This document shows positions 1 through 10,696 of a stretch of DNA of 64,000 bases, piece after piece (positions within the stretch are counted from its first letter, which is position 1; each line of letters begins with the position of its first letter). The notes beneath the pieces were generated by a model, which searched no databases, was not told the DNA's origin, and saw only the letters and a program-made list of their open reading frames with translations. The DNA is from an uncultured bacterium (lineage in GTDB: Bacteria; Verrucomicrobiota; Verrucomicrobiia; Limisphaerales; UBA8199). The position numbers and the translations under genes were made by a program. The stretch lies in the NCBI GenBank assembly GCA_963749495.1, contig CAVVMW010000018.1, forward strand, positions 224,001 through 288,000. The letters are read 5' to 3'.

Positions 1-747
1 TGCCGGAGCAACCTGCGCCAATGGGCCCTGGCCCTGCACATGTACGTCCAGGATAATAAGGTCTATCCAGTGTGCGGAGTGATGGCCACGGACGGAACGT
101 GGGTGGAGAGCCCATACGTGCAGTGGTATGACCACCTGGCCAAGTATCTCGGAAGCGATTGGCCGAAGTCGGACGGATATCGCTATGAGCCAAACTCACA
201 AAGCGGCGTTGGCGTGTGCCCAGGATACGCTCGCCTCCCGGGCGGGTTTAATCTCACCTGCGGCAGTTACGGGTACAATCCTCGAGGGACCGACCCTTTC
301 AACCCGGATGGAGGGCAGGGCTTCATTGGGGGTGGTGACATTGACCCAATAGACTGGACGACCCTTACTTCGACCACTTACGTGAAGGGGGACCAAGTGG
401 TGAGTCCGAGCCAGATGACCGCCATAGGGGATGGCCTTCTCGCAGTTTGCGACCCGAGTGGGTTCCCGTTTTTCCCGCTAGGGGAGAAGGTCTTTGGGGC
501 AGGAGACCTGACCCCTCTTGATTTCGCCATGGCTGTCGAATCCGGCAGAAAACCGCCGGGTGGCGGCACCTACACGGCGGAGAGGATGGCCACCAGGCGG
601 CGGCACGGTGGCCGGTTCAATATCGCCTTCTGCGACGCCCATGTCGAGAACCTCAAGCCGGCAGCCCTGTTCGACGTGCGGCAGGACCAGATTTGCAAAC
701 GCTGGAACAGGGACAATTTGCCCCACCGCGACGGTCTGCCGTGGTAA
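1..747 (+). CDS. Prepilin-type/DUF1559 H-X9-DG domain protein, 5'-truncated by window edge
   Basis: Frame open from base 1 (CRSNLRQWALALHMY), C-terminal RHGGRFNIAFCDAHVE motif typical of PVC-superphylum pilin-like proteins. Confidence 0.85.
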   Translation, partial: CRSNLRQWALALHMYVQDNKVYPVCGVMATDGTWVESPYVQWYDHLAKYLGSDWPKSDGYRYEPNSQSGVGVCPGYARLPGGFNLTCGSYGYNPRGTDPFNPDGGQGFIGGGDIDPIDWTTLTSTTYVKGDQVVSPSQMTAIGDGLLAVCDPSGFPFFPLGEKVFGAGDLTPLDFAMAVESGRKPPGGGTYTAERMATRRRHGGRFNIAFCDAHVENLKPAALFDVRQDQICKRWNRDNLPHRDGLPW

Positions 748-752
748 CCCTT

Positions 753-2789
753 ATGAAACGACACAACTTGCTGATTGGATTGGCGGCCATCACCGGGTCT
801 CTGACCCTTTGGGCGGCCGATTCGCTCGACCAGTGGCAATGGCGCAGTCCTTTGCCCTACCACGGTTATGTTCTCAGTCGGGTTATTTATGCCAACGGCT
901 CTTTCCTGGCCGTGGGCGAGGACGGAGTGACCCTCAGTTCGGCCGATGGGACCAACTGGACGTTCAATCGCGTCACTCCGCCGGACAGCTTTTCCGATGT
1001 GGTTTATGGCCGCGGCCTTTACGTCGCTGTGGGCTACCGCAGCGCGCCGGACCAAGCCCGCGATCGTCCTGTTATCCTGACGTCAACCGACGGGTTGAGC
1101 TGGGCAGCGCAGGACATCCCTGATCCTCTTTTGATCCTGCTCACCACCGTCACTTACGGCGATGGTCTTTTCGTGGCTGTGGGCACGGGAACTGACCCGT
1201 TTCTGCAGAGCTACGGCGCTATCCTGACTTCTGCGGACGGCCTCCACTGGAGCAGCCAACACTCGGCCGTTGGCTCGTTGTTGTGGGGCGTGGCCTACGG
1301 GAATGGGACCTATGTAGCCGTGGGGGATCAGGGAGAGGTGTTGACCTCCCCGGACGGAGTGTCCTGGAGTTCCTGGGTGAGCATGAACCCCTATGGTATG
1401 CTGTTGCCCGATCACTTCCAGGGGATCAGCTATATCAACGGCACCTTCATCGCGCTGACAGAACCTGGGATGCTGATCTCGACCGATGGGAGATCCTGGG
1501 AGCACCAACATGGGTTTCCGTCCGTGGGCGAGGCCGCGCTCCATGTTGCCTATGGCAACGGCAGGTTCGTAGCGACCGGCGTGGGGATGATCGGAGTCTC
1601 GACCAGCCTGACAAATTGGAGCATGCAAAGCCTGGGGGCTGGGACCATTTTCAGGGGGATCGCCTTTGGCAACGGGATGTTTGTGACCGTGGCGCCCTCA
1701 ACATTGCTTGGGTCGACCAACGGTGCCCAGTGGACCCGCCTGCTGGGCCCGGAGATCATCAGTTGGTTCACAGCTGTGGTCTATGGCAACGGCCTGTTCC
1801 TGGCCATTGGCGAAGACGGGACCACCCTACGCTCCCAGGACGGGGTGCAATGGACCCAGGGCGTTTGCCCAATCACCCCTGGTGATGACCCCTATCCGGG
1901 ACTGACCTTCGGGCAAGGACTGTTTGTGGCGGTGGGGGACCGGGGAACCATTGCGGCGTCGCCGGACGGCGTGCAGTGGAGCCTGTGCCGTTCCGGCGTA
2001 TCCGCTCGACTCTACGGGGCAACCTATGCCACCGGGCTATTTGTGGTTGGCGGCGATGGTGGCACCCTGCTCACTTCCGGGGATGGCACTAATTGGACAC
2101 CGCGCACAACGGGCGTGAACACCACGCTCTGGGACCTGGCTTACGGCAACGGCACCTGTCTGGTTCTCTGCATCGACGGCACCTTGCTGACCTCGACGAA
2201 CCTCGCCGACTGGAGCAACCTGGGCAATCCGACTTCCCCGACGAACCCCGTACAGAGCGTTGCTTTCGGGAACGCCACGTTCGTCGCGGTGACGCGAAAC
2301 GCCTTCCTGCACTCGACCAATGGAGTGGACTGGAGCGCGGCCCGCTCGGGAACCGAACAGTTGGTCACGCCTGTGCGCGTTCGTTTCCAAGGTGGGACAT
2401 TTGTGGCCGTCGGCGCTGGCGGGGGCATCTTGAGTTCGATGGACGGCATAAACTGGGTCAGCCACAGTTCCGGCACGCAGCGGGCGCTCCACGGTTTAGC
2501 CTACGGGGCGGGCACGTATGTGGTGGTCGGCGAATACGGGGCTGTCCTGCAAAGCGGCGGAGCGCCGCCGTGGAGCCTGCGCCTGGGGCCGGTGGCCAGC
2601 CTGGCAAACGGGGCCTGCGCCGTGACCATCCAGGGAGAGGCGGGGCACAACTGGGAGTTGCAAGGCTCAACGAACTTCGTGAACTGGGTGCCGCTGACAA
2701 GCCTTTTCAGCACAAACACGAGCTTCCAATTCATCAATTGCGACGCCACGAATTACAATCACCGCTTCTACCGCGCGCGCGGTTGGTGA
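753..2789 (+). CDS. Secreted beta-propeller/BNR-like repeat protein
   Basis: Signal peptide MKRHNLLIGLAA..., many YGNGxFVAVG / TSxDGxxW repeats, C-terminal STNFVNW...RFYRAR domain. Confidence 0.8.
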   Translation: MKRHNLLIGLAAITGSLTLWAADSLDQWQWRSPLPYHGYVLSRVIYANGSFLAVGEDGVTLSSADGTNWTFNRVTPPDSFSDVVYGRGLYVAVGYRSAPDQARDRPVILTSTDGLSWAAQDIPDPLLILLTTVTYGDGLFVAVGTGTDPFLQSYGAILTSADGLHWSSQHSAVGSLLWGVAYGNGTYVAVGDQGEVLTSPDGVSWSSWVSMNPYGMLLPDHFQGISYINGTFIALTEPGMLISTDGRSWEHQHGFPSVGEAALHVAYGNGRFVATGVGMIGVSTSLTNWSMQSLGAGTIFRGIAFGNGMFVTVAPSTLLGSTNGAQWTRLLGPEIISWFTAVVYGNGLFLAIGEDGTTLRSQDGVQWTQGVCPITPGDDPYPGLTFGQGLFVAVGDRGTIAASPDGVQWSLCRSGVSARLYGATYATGLFVVGGDGGTLLTSGDGTNWTPRTTGVNTTLWDLAYGNGTCLVLCIDGTLLTSTNLADWSNLGNPTSPTNPVQSVAFGNATFVAVTRNAFLHSTNGVDWSAARSGTEQLVTPVRVRFQGGTFVAVGAGGGILSSMDGINWVSHSSGTQRALHGLAYGAGTYVVVGEYGAVLQSGGAPPWSLRLGPVASLANGACAVTIQGEAGHNWELQGSTNFVNWVPLTSLFSTNTSFQFINCDATNYNHRFYRARGW

Positions 2790-2817
2790 GTGTGCATGGC
2801 GGCGGATCCGGGTCTTC

Positions 2818-2955
2818 AATCCTTCGTTTCCTTCGTTTCCTTCTGTTCCTTTCCAGCATCCCGCCGGCTGGGCACAGAAACAGAACAGAAGGAAACCAAG
2901 GAAACGAAGATGCGGCCTGATGCGGCGGCATCCATCGGGGCCGTGCCAGTTTGTA
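2818..2955. repeat. 9-mer (TTCGTTTCC) hairpin element, copy 1
   Basis: TTCGTTTCC tandem arm and inverted GGAAAC arm; near-identical copy at ~46997-47130. Confidence 0.8.
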
Positions 2956-2965
2956 GCTGGAGTGC

Positions 2966-5869
2966 TCACCTCGGCGTGAGGAGCAGGTAATCGAGGAGGT
3001 CGGCCATGTCCTGCGGTGAGAGGCCGGCCTCGAGGCCGTCGGGCATGAGCGACCAGGAACGGGTCTCGACAGATGCGAGGTCGGCCAGGAGCCAGGCCGT
3101 CGGACCGAGGTTGACCAGGTTGAACGTAACCGTGGTGGCGTTCTCCGAGGTCTTGGTGCCCAGCAGGCTCTCGCCTTCCTTGGTCTCGGCCACGCAAGTC
3201 TCATAGCCGGGCGCCAGGTCCCGGCTCGGGTCGAGGATGGCGTCGAGGATGGCCTCCCGTCCCTGGGTCTTGGTGGCCGCCAGGTCGGGGCCGAATGCCC
3301 GCCCTTCACCCCCGAGGCGGTGGCAGGCGGCGCAACGCGCCAGGAAAAGGTCATGGCCGTGGCTGGCAACGCCGCCGAGCGTGAGCGCCGGCTCGAATTG
3401 CTGGAGCAGGGCCGGGCGCGCGCGCGGGACCGGGCCGAGGCGCCGGAGGGCGCGCTGGCTGATGGCTGGGTCGCGATGGGTGCGCAAGAGGTTGAGGAGG
3501 GCCTCGGGGACAGCGCCAGGGTTGATCTGGCCGTGCTCGATGGCGGCGAGCAGGGTCTGGGCGCGGTCGGTGCGGGCCATCAGCGCCATCAGCGCCTCGT
3601 TGCGCAACGGCAGGGCCAACGTCCGCCCGGCCCAGAGCAGGGCGGGCGCGACGGCCGGGTCGTTCCACCGCCCCAGCGCGGCGAGCACCGCCGATTCCAG
3701 CGCGTAGGGTTCGACCGGGGAGAGCAGCACCCGCAGCCAATCGGTGGACGGCGCATAGTCCTGCGGGTTGACGCCCAGGAGGCGGACCGCCTGGACGCGC
3801 AATGGCAACGGGAGGCCCTCGGTGAGGGCCGTGTTCAAGGCGACATCGAAAAAGCGCTGGAGCCGCTTTGCTCTATCCGCCAGCGCCAGCGAGCTGCCGG
3901 TGCGGTGCAGGCCCTCCCCAAGGGCAACCAGCAGACCGTATGGGGGCGTCGCAGACGGCGGCGTCTGATTGGCCAAGCTAATGACCTGCGTGACCTCCGT
4001 CATCCGGCCGCGCAGACCAATCATGGTGGCCAAGTCCGCCATAAACTGCTGGCCCGGGGCATCCAGAAAACGGCTGTCCCCTGCCAGGTGCGCAAGGAAA
4101 AGACCTGCGCCTTCGCCCATCGAGCTGAGCGCCGCCGCGCGCATCCACGGGTTGTCCGGGTCGCGCGCGAGCAGGTCCGCCAGCACCACGCCCCGGCCCG
4201 GCACGGCGCAGGCGCCAAGGCTCAAGGCCAGTTGGTAACGCACGCGGATCGAGGGGTCGGCCGCCAGGGCGCGCAGCCGCTGCCAAAGCGGAGCCGACAG
4301 ACCGCCGGAGGCGGCCACAGGCTCGGCCAGCCGCACCGCGCGTTCGCGCACCCGTTCATCGTCATCCTTGAGGGCGCGGAGCAGGTGCGGTTCCCAGAGT
4401 GCTCCCAGCCCGGCCAGCGCCTGCAGGGCCCGCAGCCGCGCCAGTGGAAACCTCGAATAGCTGAGCAAGTTGCTCAGCGCGCCCGTGGCCGAGAGGTCCT
4501 GCCGTTCATACAAGAGCCGCGCGGCCGTGTCGGCGTGCCAGGCATTGGCCTGGGCCAGCAGCAGGGCGAGGTCGGGGGTCTTGACCCGGTCCAGCCGCGG
4601 CACGGCGGGCCGTTTGAAGCCCTCCGGCACGATGCGATAGATCCGCCCGTGGTCAGGCCCGGAGCGCATGTCCGCCACGTAGAGCGCCCCATCGGGGCCG
4701 TTGACCAGGTCCATCGGCCTGAAGGCATCGTCCCTGGAGACCAGGAACTCGTCCCGCCGCTCGTCCGCCGCGCGCTCGGCCACACTCTCCAGCCCCTGGT
4801 CGCGCAGGACGAACCGATGGATGATATGGGCCTGCGGGTCGGCCACGAAGACATTGTCAAAGTAATTCGTCCCAAAGGCGGAGCCGCGATAGACCACGCA
4901 ACCGCCAGAGGCCGTCAGCCAGCCCGCCGCCAGGCCGCCGGTGGGCGGGGACTGGGTCTTTGCCGGCGCGATGGCCCGCTGGCGGGACTTCGGGGCCTCG
5001 GCTCCGGGAAAGAGGCGATAGACGGCCGTGGCCGGGGCAGCGGCGTCCACCAACTCCGGCGGCGCGGCAAAGAACGGGTTGCGCGCCAGGTAGCGGGGCT
5101 CCCACATCGCCATGCGCAGGGGATGGTTGGTGCTGCAGAGGAATTTCCGGCCCCGGCTGTCGAAGCTCGAACCCGTTTGGGCCGGGCCCGCATCGGGCCC
5201 CATCGCCAGCGTGCGCGGGTCGAAGGCAATGTCATTGTTGCCCAGCGGCAGCGACGGCATCTCAGCGGTGCTGAGCACGCTGGCGAGGCCGCCCAGGCCG
5301 GCTGTCCCGCAATGAAAGGAGTTGTCCGGGCCCCAGTTGAGGCTGTTGAGCAGCGCCTGGGGGTTGGGCAGATACGGCCTGCCGCCGAACCCGGTGAAGA
5401 CCACTTTGACGAGGTCGGCGATGCCGTCGCCCCGGCTGTCCCTGAGATAGAGGATCTGCGGGGTAGCCGCCACGAAGACGCCGCCGCCGTAACAGGCCAC
5501 GGCCGAGGGCCACGCCAGGTCGTCTGCATAGATGGCGCTGGTCTGATAGGCCCCTTCTTCATCCATGTCCTCCAGCAGGCGGACCCGGCCCAGGTGCGGG
5601 CTCTGCCCGCGCCGGTCGGGGTAGTCCCGCATCTCCGCCACGAACAACCGCCCCCGCTCATCGAATGCCAGCGCCGCCGGGGCCGCCACCAGCGGCTCCG
5701 CCGCAACCAACTCGACGCGGAAGCCCTTCTTGACTTGAAACCCGGAGAGCGCATCGGCCGTTTGCGCCGCCGAAATCCGGGGCAGGGCCTTGGCGGCCTT
5801 TTTCGCCTCGGCCCCCCAGGCCGGGCACGCCAATAGGAGGCACAACGCGGTTCCGGCGGATCGGCGCAC
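2966..5869 (-). CDS. PVC-type heme-binding CxxCH protein (membrane-bound dehydrogenase-like propeller + HEAT repeats + cytochrome c)
   Basis: GFRVELVAAEPLV..P.A.AFDERGRLFVAEM start, HEAT-like middle, CAACH...GPDL, SLMPDGLE...DLLDYL end. Confidence 0.9.
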   Translation of the reverse strand: MRRSAGTALCLLLACPAWGAEAKKAAKALPRISAAQTADALSGFQVKKGFRVELVAAEPLVAAPAALAFDERGRLFVAEMRDYPDRRGQSPHLGRVRLLEDMDEEGAYQTSAIYADDLAWPSAVACYGGGVFVAATPQILYLRDSRGDGIADLVKVVFTGFGGRPYLPNPQALLNSLNWGPDNSFHCGTAGLGGLASVLSTAEMPSLPLGNNDIAFDPRTLAMGPDAGPAQTGSSFDSRGRKFLCSTNHPLRMAMWEPRYLARNPFFAAPPELVDAAAPATAVYRLFPGAEAPKSRQRAIAPAKTQSPPTGGLAAGWLTASGGCVVYRGSAFGTNYFDNVFVADPQAHIIHRFVLRDQGLESVAERAADERRDEFLVSRDDAFRPMDLVNGPDGALYVADMRSGPDHGRIYRIVPEGFKRPAVPRLDRVKTPDLALLLAQANAWHADTAARLLYERQDLSATGALSNLLSYSRFPLARLRALQALAGLGALWEPHLLRALKDDDERVRERAVRLAEPVAASGGLSAPLWQRLRALAADPSIRVRYQLALSLGACAVPGRGVVLADLLARDPDNPWMRAAALSSMGEGAGLFLAHLAGDSRFLDAPGQQFMADLATMIGLRGRMTEVTQVISLANQTPPSATPPYGLLVALGEGLHRTGSSLALADRAKRLQRFFDVALNTALTEGLPLPLRVQAVRLLGVNPQDYAPSTDWLRVLLSPVEPYALESAVLAALGRWNDPAVAPALLWAGRTLALPLRNEALMALMARTDRAQTLLAAIEHGQINPGAVPEALLNLLRTHRDPAISQRALRRLGPVPRARPALLQQFEPALTLGGVASHGHDLFLARCAACHRLGGEGRAFGPDLAATKTQGREAILDAILDPSRDLAPGYETCVAETKEGESLLGTKTSENATTVTFNLVNLGPTAWLLADLASVETRSWSLMPDGLEAGLSPQDMADLLDYLLLTPR

Positions 5870-5876
5870 TGCCCTC

Positions 5877-5946
5877 CGGAACGCCGGCTTTCAGCCGGCA
5901 GCCTCCTGGGATTTCCAGACCGCTGCCGCATAAATGCGGCGTTCCG
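5877..5946. repeat. REP-like palindrome pair (GGAACGCCG...CGGCGTTCC)
   Basis: Inverted repeat; related element at 25657-25710. Confidence 0.65.
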
Positions 5947-6222
5947 GGGGCGGTGTCCGGATGCGCCCACGCGGTTCCGGCAGCCCAGTCGCCTCTGGTC
6001 ATTCGCTTCACACTGGCAATATGTCGGACGGCCCTGCGGGTCGCAATCCCGTTCGAGCCCGGGCCATACAGCGCGGCGCGGGGAGGTGAGACAGAATTCT
6101 TATTTTGTGAAGATTTCCGTCCTACACTCGCCGCGCGGCCTTCTCGAGCTTTTGGCTTTGCCCTCCCGTTGGATCCCTGGCACCTTGTGCCTGATGTGAG
6201 CAAACCCCGAACCAGAGATTTT

Positions 6223-7293
6223 ATGGCTGCAAAACCCGAACCCGCGAAACCGATTTCCGAAAAGAGCACAAAGCAGGAGATGCTCGAGGCCTATCAGGCC
6301 CTGGCCCGGCAACTCGAAGAAAAACGCGCCGCCGAACTCGCCCCGGAACGGCGGACCGAGGAGAAGCGAGCTGAAGAGGCGGTCCGGGTCGCAACCACGG
6401 TCGAGCCAGAGGGCATCGACAGCGAAATTGGCCGGCTCAAGTCCGAGGTCGGCAAGTTCCTGGCCGGCATCGCGGACCGGCTGGGCTCCGAATCCGGCAG
6501 GTTCCGCAACGTTCAACAGGCGGTCGAGAGCAAAGAGCGCAACCTCAAGGAACTCTATGGCATCGAAAAGGCCGCCGTGAGCCTGGCGGCCCTCATCGAG
6601 GCCCAGAATCAGAAGCGGGAGGAGTTCGAGACCGAGATGGCCCGCCGACGGGAAGAGTTGCAGAGCGAAATCACCTTCCTGCGCGCCGAATGGGAGAAGG
6701 AGAAGAAGGCACACGAGGCGGAACTCAAGGAGCGCGACGGCTCCGAAAAGAAGGCCCGCGAGCGCGAGCGCGAGGAATTCAACTACGTCTTCAAGCGCGA
6801 CCAGCAGGCCATCAAAGACAAACTCAACGATGAGATGGCCGCGCTCCAGAAGGAGATCAAGCTCAAGCGAGAGGCGGCCGAAAAAGACTTGGCCGAGCGT
6901 GAGAAGGGGATAGGCGAAAAGGAGCGCGAACTCGGCGAGTTGCGGGCCAGGGCCGCGGCTTTCCCCAAGGAGCTCGAAACCGCCCTCAATCAGGCCGTCA
7001 AGGAAACGACCGACCGGCTCAAGCTCGAGGCCAAGAACCGGGAGGATCTCCTGCGCAAGGAATTCGAGGGCGAGCGCAACGTGCTGGCCGCCCGGAACGA
7101 GTCGTTCGAGCGGACCAACAAGGACCTCCTGAGCGCCAACACCAAGCTCGCCCAGCAACTCGAAGCCGCCTACCAGAAGGTCCAGGTCATCGCCGAGAAG
7201 ACCGTCGAGGGCAGCTCCCAGTCCCGGTCCCTGGCCGATTTGCAGAAACTGCTCATCGAACAGGGCCGCAAAGGCGGCTCCGACAAGCCGTAG
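6223..7293 (+). CDS. Coiled-coil hypothetical protein
   Basis: MAAKPEPAK start, E/K-rich heptad pattern, coding-like codon usage. Confidence 0.75.
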   Translation: MAAKPEPAKPISEKSTKQEMLEAYQALARQLEEKRAAELAPERRTEEKRAEEAVRVATTVEPEGIDSEIGRLKSEVGKFLAGIADRLGSESGRFRNVQQAVESKERNLKELYGIEKAAVSLAALIEAQNQKREEFETEMARRREELQSEITFLRAEWEKEKKAHEAELKERDGSEKKAREREREEFNYVFKRDQQAIKDKLNDEMAALQKEIKLKREAAEKDLAEREKGIGEKERELGELRARAAAFPKELETALNQAVKETTDRLKLEAKNREDLLRKEFEGERNVLAARNESFERTNKDLLSANTKLAQQLEAAYQKVQVIAEKTVEGSSQSRSLADLQKLLIEQGRKGGSDKP

Positions 7294-7354
7294 CGGGGGG
7301 CAATGGCCGCGCGGGTACGGCCTCAGTGAAGGCGCGGGCAGCACTGCGCTCGGA

Positions 7355-7530
7355 CCCCTCACCCCAGCCCTCTCCCCACCCGCTGCGACGGCGCGGCAGC
7401 GCGGCGAGTCGGATGGGGAGAGGGAGAATTCTCCGTTGCGGCTGGAGGAACCCGAGGCCCCCGGAGGTTCGAGAGACTGCCGACGCTTCGCCCTCTCCCC
7501 TTCAGAAGGGGAGAGGGTTGGGGTGAGGGG
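7355..7530. repeat. REP-like composite element (CCCCTCACCCC.GCCCTCTCCC...GGGAGAGGG)
   Basis: Nested palindromes; related copies at 53764-53910 and partial at 25875-25917. Confidence 0.8.
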
Positions 7531-7658
7531 TCCGCCCGGCACTCCGTCTCCGCCATCACCGACTACCCGCGAGGCCCTGCTGTGCTGGACAGCCTGTGTC
7601 CTGGGGCAAAGACCCCATAGCGGAGGGGGCGCCGGAGTGGGATTAGGTTTACTTCATG

Positions 7659-7928
7659 ATGTCATTATTCACGCAAATAGACCAGTCCCGCGCCGCTCAT
7701 CCCCTCCCCTCCGTCCCGCAGCGGCGCTCTCTGCGCACCTTTGTTGCCTGCCTCCTCGGGGCGGTCCTGGTGTCCGCCCTGGCCGGGTGCCAGTCCGCCA
7801 GAACGGAGCCCGCCTCGACGGGCGGCCAGGGCGGGGGGATGACGGCCCCCGGCGACGAGTCCTCCGGCCACGGGCAATCCGGGAGCCAGGATTACCAGGC
7901 CGTGCTGTCTGACCCGGGACCGTTTTAG
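7659..7928 (+). CDS. Putative small lipoprotein
   Basis: Hydrophobic stretch ending in lipobox LAGC. Confidence 0.4.
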   Translation: MSLFTQIDQSRAAHPLPSVPQRRSLRTFVACLLGAVLVSALAGCQSARTEPASTGGQGGGMTAPGDESSGHGQSGSQDYQAVLSDPGPF

Positions 7929-8034
7929 AGCCGGTGGCAAAATTAACCGCAAAGAACGCAGAGATCACAAAGAAACGCCTCAATTTCCTCGGCTTTTGCG
8001 TTCTTTGTGCGGTTAATAATTCTGCAGCCTGCTC

Positions 8035-8545
8035 TTAGAACTCGAGCTTCTCGCCTTTTGGCATGAGGCTCATGAGGTATTCGACGAGGTCGTTGAGTTC
8101 GCCTTCGGCGATCTTGCCGCGCCAGGGGGGCATGTAGAGGGGGGGCGGGGGTTTGCGCGCGTCCATGGCGACGATTTCCCGCTGGCCGTCGAGGATGCGC
8201 TTGCGGAGTTCGTCCTTGGTGTAGCCTTCGGAGACGAATTTGAGGCCGGGGACTTGCTGGGCGGTCTTGGCGTTGGGGTTGGGGATGCCGCCTTGGGCCT
8301 CCAGGCCATGGCACCCGGCGCAACCGAACTTCTTGTACACGGCCTGGCCGCGCTCGACCGGGGTCATCATGGCGGGAGTCTTGAGGAAGCCGACGAGGTT
8401 GGTATCGGACAATGAAAGCAGGAATTGGGTCAGGGCGCGGATTTCCTGCTCGGCAAGGAAAAGCTGGGGCATGACGGTGCCCGGAGAGACGGCCTGCGGG
8501 TTCTTGAAATGGGTGATGAGCCATTGGGTGTCGTGGCGCTTGATA
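8035..8545 (-). pseudogene. C-terminal part of a multi-domain c-type cytochrome, 5'-truncated
   Basis: Begins mid-domain (HDTQWLITHFKNPQAVSPGTVMP, second half of a cyt c domain lacking its CxxCH), followed by intact CAGCH...MPPW domain. Confidence 0.7.
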
Positions 8546-8619
8546 TGAGGAAGCTCTGTATGTGTTTCTCTGGCAGCCCTCAAGGGCTGTTACGCGGAAA
8601 CGAGGGGCGATGAACGTCG

Positions 8620-10164
8620 TTAAGGTCTGAGGCTTCTATCACGCAGCGCAGCAAGGGCGGCGGCAACCTCGCGCCCCTTGGATTCGATGACCGCGAGCAA
8701 TTCCTCCGGGGTGCGCATATCTTCGGTGCTCTTACGGTTCGGGTTGACGGCTTTCAGGTCGTAGTTCCGGGCTTCGATTTGCTGGCGCATGACCGTCCAA
8801 CTGCGTTCGCTGTCGGCGCGGTCGGGGAGCAGGCGGAAGAAGTCCTCAAAGTGCTTCAAGGTGAACGGCGTTTTCTTACCGACCTTGATGTCCGACAGGT
8901 CGTAATACCAAATCTTGTCCGTTGGCTTGCCTTTGGTGAAGAAAAGTAGATTGGTTTTCACGCCCGCCCCGGCCGCCGTGAACACGCCGCCCGGCAGGCT
9001 CACGATGCACCAAAGGTCGCAATCGTCCAGCAGCTTGCGCTTGGTTTGGACAAAGGCCGTCTCGTTGGTGCGGAACAAAACGCCTTCATCAAGCACGATG
9101 CCGCAACGCCCATTCGGTGTGAGACTGTCAATGACGTGTTGCAGAAACAGCACTTGCGTCGCGCCGGTCTTGTATGGGAAGCGCGTCTGGGCGTCCTTGC
9201 CTTCCTTGCCGCCAAACGGCGGGTTCATCAGCACCACGTCATAGAGTTGCGGCGCGTCCTGAAACAATCCGCCGTAAGTTTCCGCGCCCGTGAGCGTATT
9301 GCCGTGCCAGATGTGCGGCTCGTCAATGTTGTGCAGCACGAGGTTGGCGAGCGCGATGGGGTAAATCGCGTTGTCCTTCTCCCGTCCGTAGAAGGTCCGC
9401 CGTTTGAGCGTCTCCAACTGGTCGGGCGACGTGATTTTCTCGTTGTTTGGCCCGGCCATGTGCTCGAACGACTGCGCCAGAAATCCACACGTGGCGCAGC
9501 CGGGGTCATAAACCGTCTCGCCAATCTTCGGGTCAACCACCCGGACCATCGCGCGGATGATTTCACGCGGCGTGAAAAACTGTCCGCCGTCATTGCCCTT
9601 CTCGCCCATCTTGAGCAGCAGCCCTTCATACACCTGGGAGAGTGTGAACACATGCGTCGGGTCAACTGTTTTGGCGCTGATTTCGTGAACCTTGTCCAGC
9701 ACGTCCAGAAAGTTCCGCTCCGTGTCAATGCGAGTGTGTTCGACGCCGGAGAAGATTTCGCTGATGACCTTCTGGCGCGGCTTCGCGTTCGGCTGCTCGC
9801 GCAACGTCTTCAGGTGTGGAATCAATTCGCCGTTGACGAAGCTGAAAAACGCGCCGAGCGCGCCATCCTGCAATTCCTGCCGCTTCACGCCTCCAGGCGC
9901 CGCCCAGTCCCCCCAGCGATACGGCGCAACGAGGGACGGCGCGAACTCCGCGTTTACCGCCTCGGCCTCCTCAGCCTCGCGTGTCTCCCGCTCGTCGAGG
10001 ATGCGCAGAAACAGAATCCATGTCAGTTCCGGCACATACTGCAACGCCCCCGCGCAATTCGACCGGCGCATGATGTCGCAGATGGCCTTGACCGCGCCGT
10101 TGACTGATTGCTGCGTGGCGTGGCGTCTGCCGTTTGATGTTTGTTTTACTTTGTCGGCCATCAT
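8620..10164 (-). CDS. hsdM: Type I restriction-modification N6-methyltransferase subunit
   Basis: GQFFTPR, YDPGC motif I, NPPF motif IV, ELTWILFLRILDE N-terminal domain. Confidence 0.95.
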   Translation of the reverse strand: MMADKVKQTSNGRRHATQQSVNGAVKAICDIMRRSNCAGALQYVPELTWILFLRILDERETREAEEAEAVNAEFAPSLVAPYRWGDWAAPGGVKRQELQDGALGAFFSFVNGELIPHLKTLREQPNAKPRQKVISEIFSGVEHTRIDTERNFLDVLDKVHEISAKTVDPTHVFTLSQVYEGLLLKMGEKGNDGGQFFTPREIIRAMVRVVDPKIGETVYDPGCATCGFLAQSFEHMAGPNNEKITSPDQLETLKRRTFYGREKDNAIYPIALANLVLHNIDEPHIWHGNTLTGAETYGGLFQDAPQLYDVVLMNPPFGGKEGKDAQTRFPYKTGATQVLFLQHVIDSLTPNGRCGIVLDEGVLFRTNETAFVQTKRKLLDDCDLWCIVSLPGGVFTAAGAGVKTNLLFFTKGKPTDKIWYYDLSDIKVGKKTPFTLKHFEDFFRLLPDRADSERSWTVMRQQIEARNYDLKAVNPNRKSTEDMRTPEELLAVIESKGREVAAALAALRDRSLRP

Positions 10165-10379
10165 GCGGGCTGGGGAATTGTCTCAAACGCGATCCTCACC
10201 GGCTGGGCGGCTTTGCCGGGATAATTCAGACGCTCAAAACCGATGACGCGACCCTTCCGGTCCTTCATCAAGACCACTTCCTCGCCCGTCTCTTCGCAGA
10301 CATATTCCGCCTGCCGACGGCCAAACCACACCGTCAGCGTGCGGCCTGCCGGATCGTAATAAACATTCACTTCGGCCAT
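10161..10379 (-). CDS. DUF2283-like putative antitoxin
   Basis: MAEVNVYYDPAGRTLTVWFG...DRKGRVIGFE pattern. Confidence 0.75.
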   Translation of the reverse strand: MAEVNVYYDPAGRTLTVWFGRRQAEYVCEETGEEVVLMKDRKGRVIGFERLNYPGKAAQPVRIAFETIPQPA

Positions 10380-10690
10380 ATTCGTTCGCCTTCTTTGATG
10401 GCGTCGGTGGGATACGCCGTGATGAGAAAGCCGGTCCGGCCCGCTTGTTTGCTCACGGCGCAGACCCAACGCCGGTTGCGTCGGCTGCGATAGAAAAGAT
10501 ACACGTTCGCGTCGCTTTTGCTACGCCGAATCTCGTCCGGCGTTTCCAGCGCCGCCCGCACCTCATCCTCGCGTCCAGCCATGGCCGGATGTTTGATCGT
10601 AGTGATGATGGTCCAATAATTCCGGGTGACGCGCACGGTAAAACCGAGCGGTGTGGAGGCTTCAAAGAGGATTTCACGACTCTTGCTCAT
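10367..10690 (-). CDS. DUF4258/RelE-BrnT-like putative toxin
   Basis: KHP...V..ALETPDEIRRSKSD..VYLFY...GFLITAYPTD; overlaps DUF2283-like gene. Confidence 0.65.
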   Translation of the reverse strand: MSKSREILFEASTPLGFTVRVTRNYWTIITTIKHPAMAGREDEVRAALETPDEIRRSKSDANVYLFYRSRRNRRWVCAVSKQAGRTGFLITAYPTDAIKEGERIWPK

Positions 10691-10696
10691 GCCTTT

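Noticed and set aside
3320..5836. Long antisense ORFs (also 6100-7542, 38866-40401, 41457-43484, 61013-62524)
   Set aside because: Shadow ORFs of high-GC genes on the opposite strand
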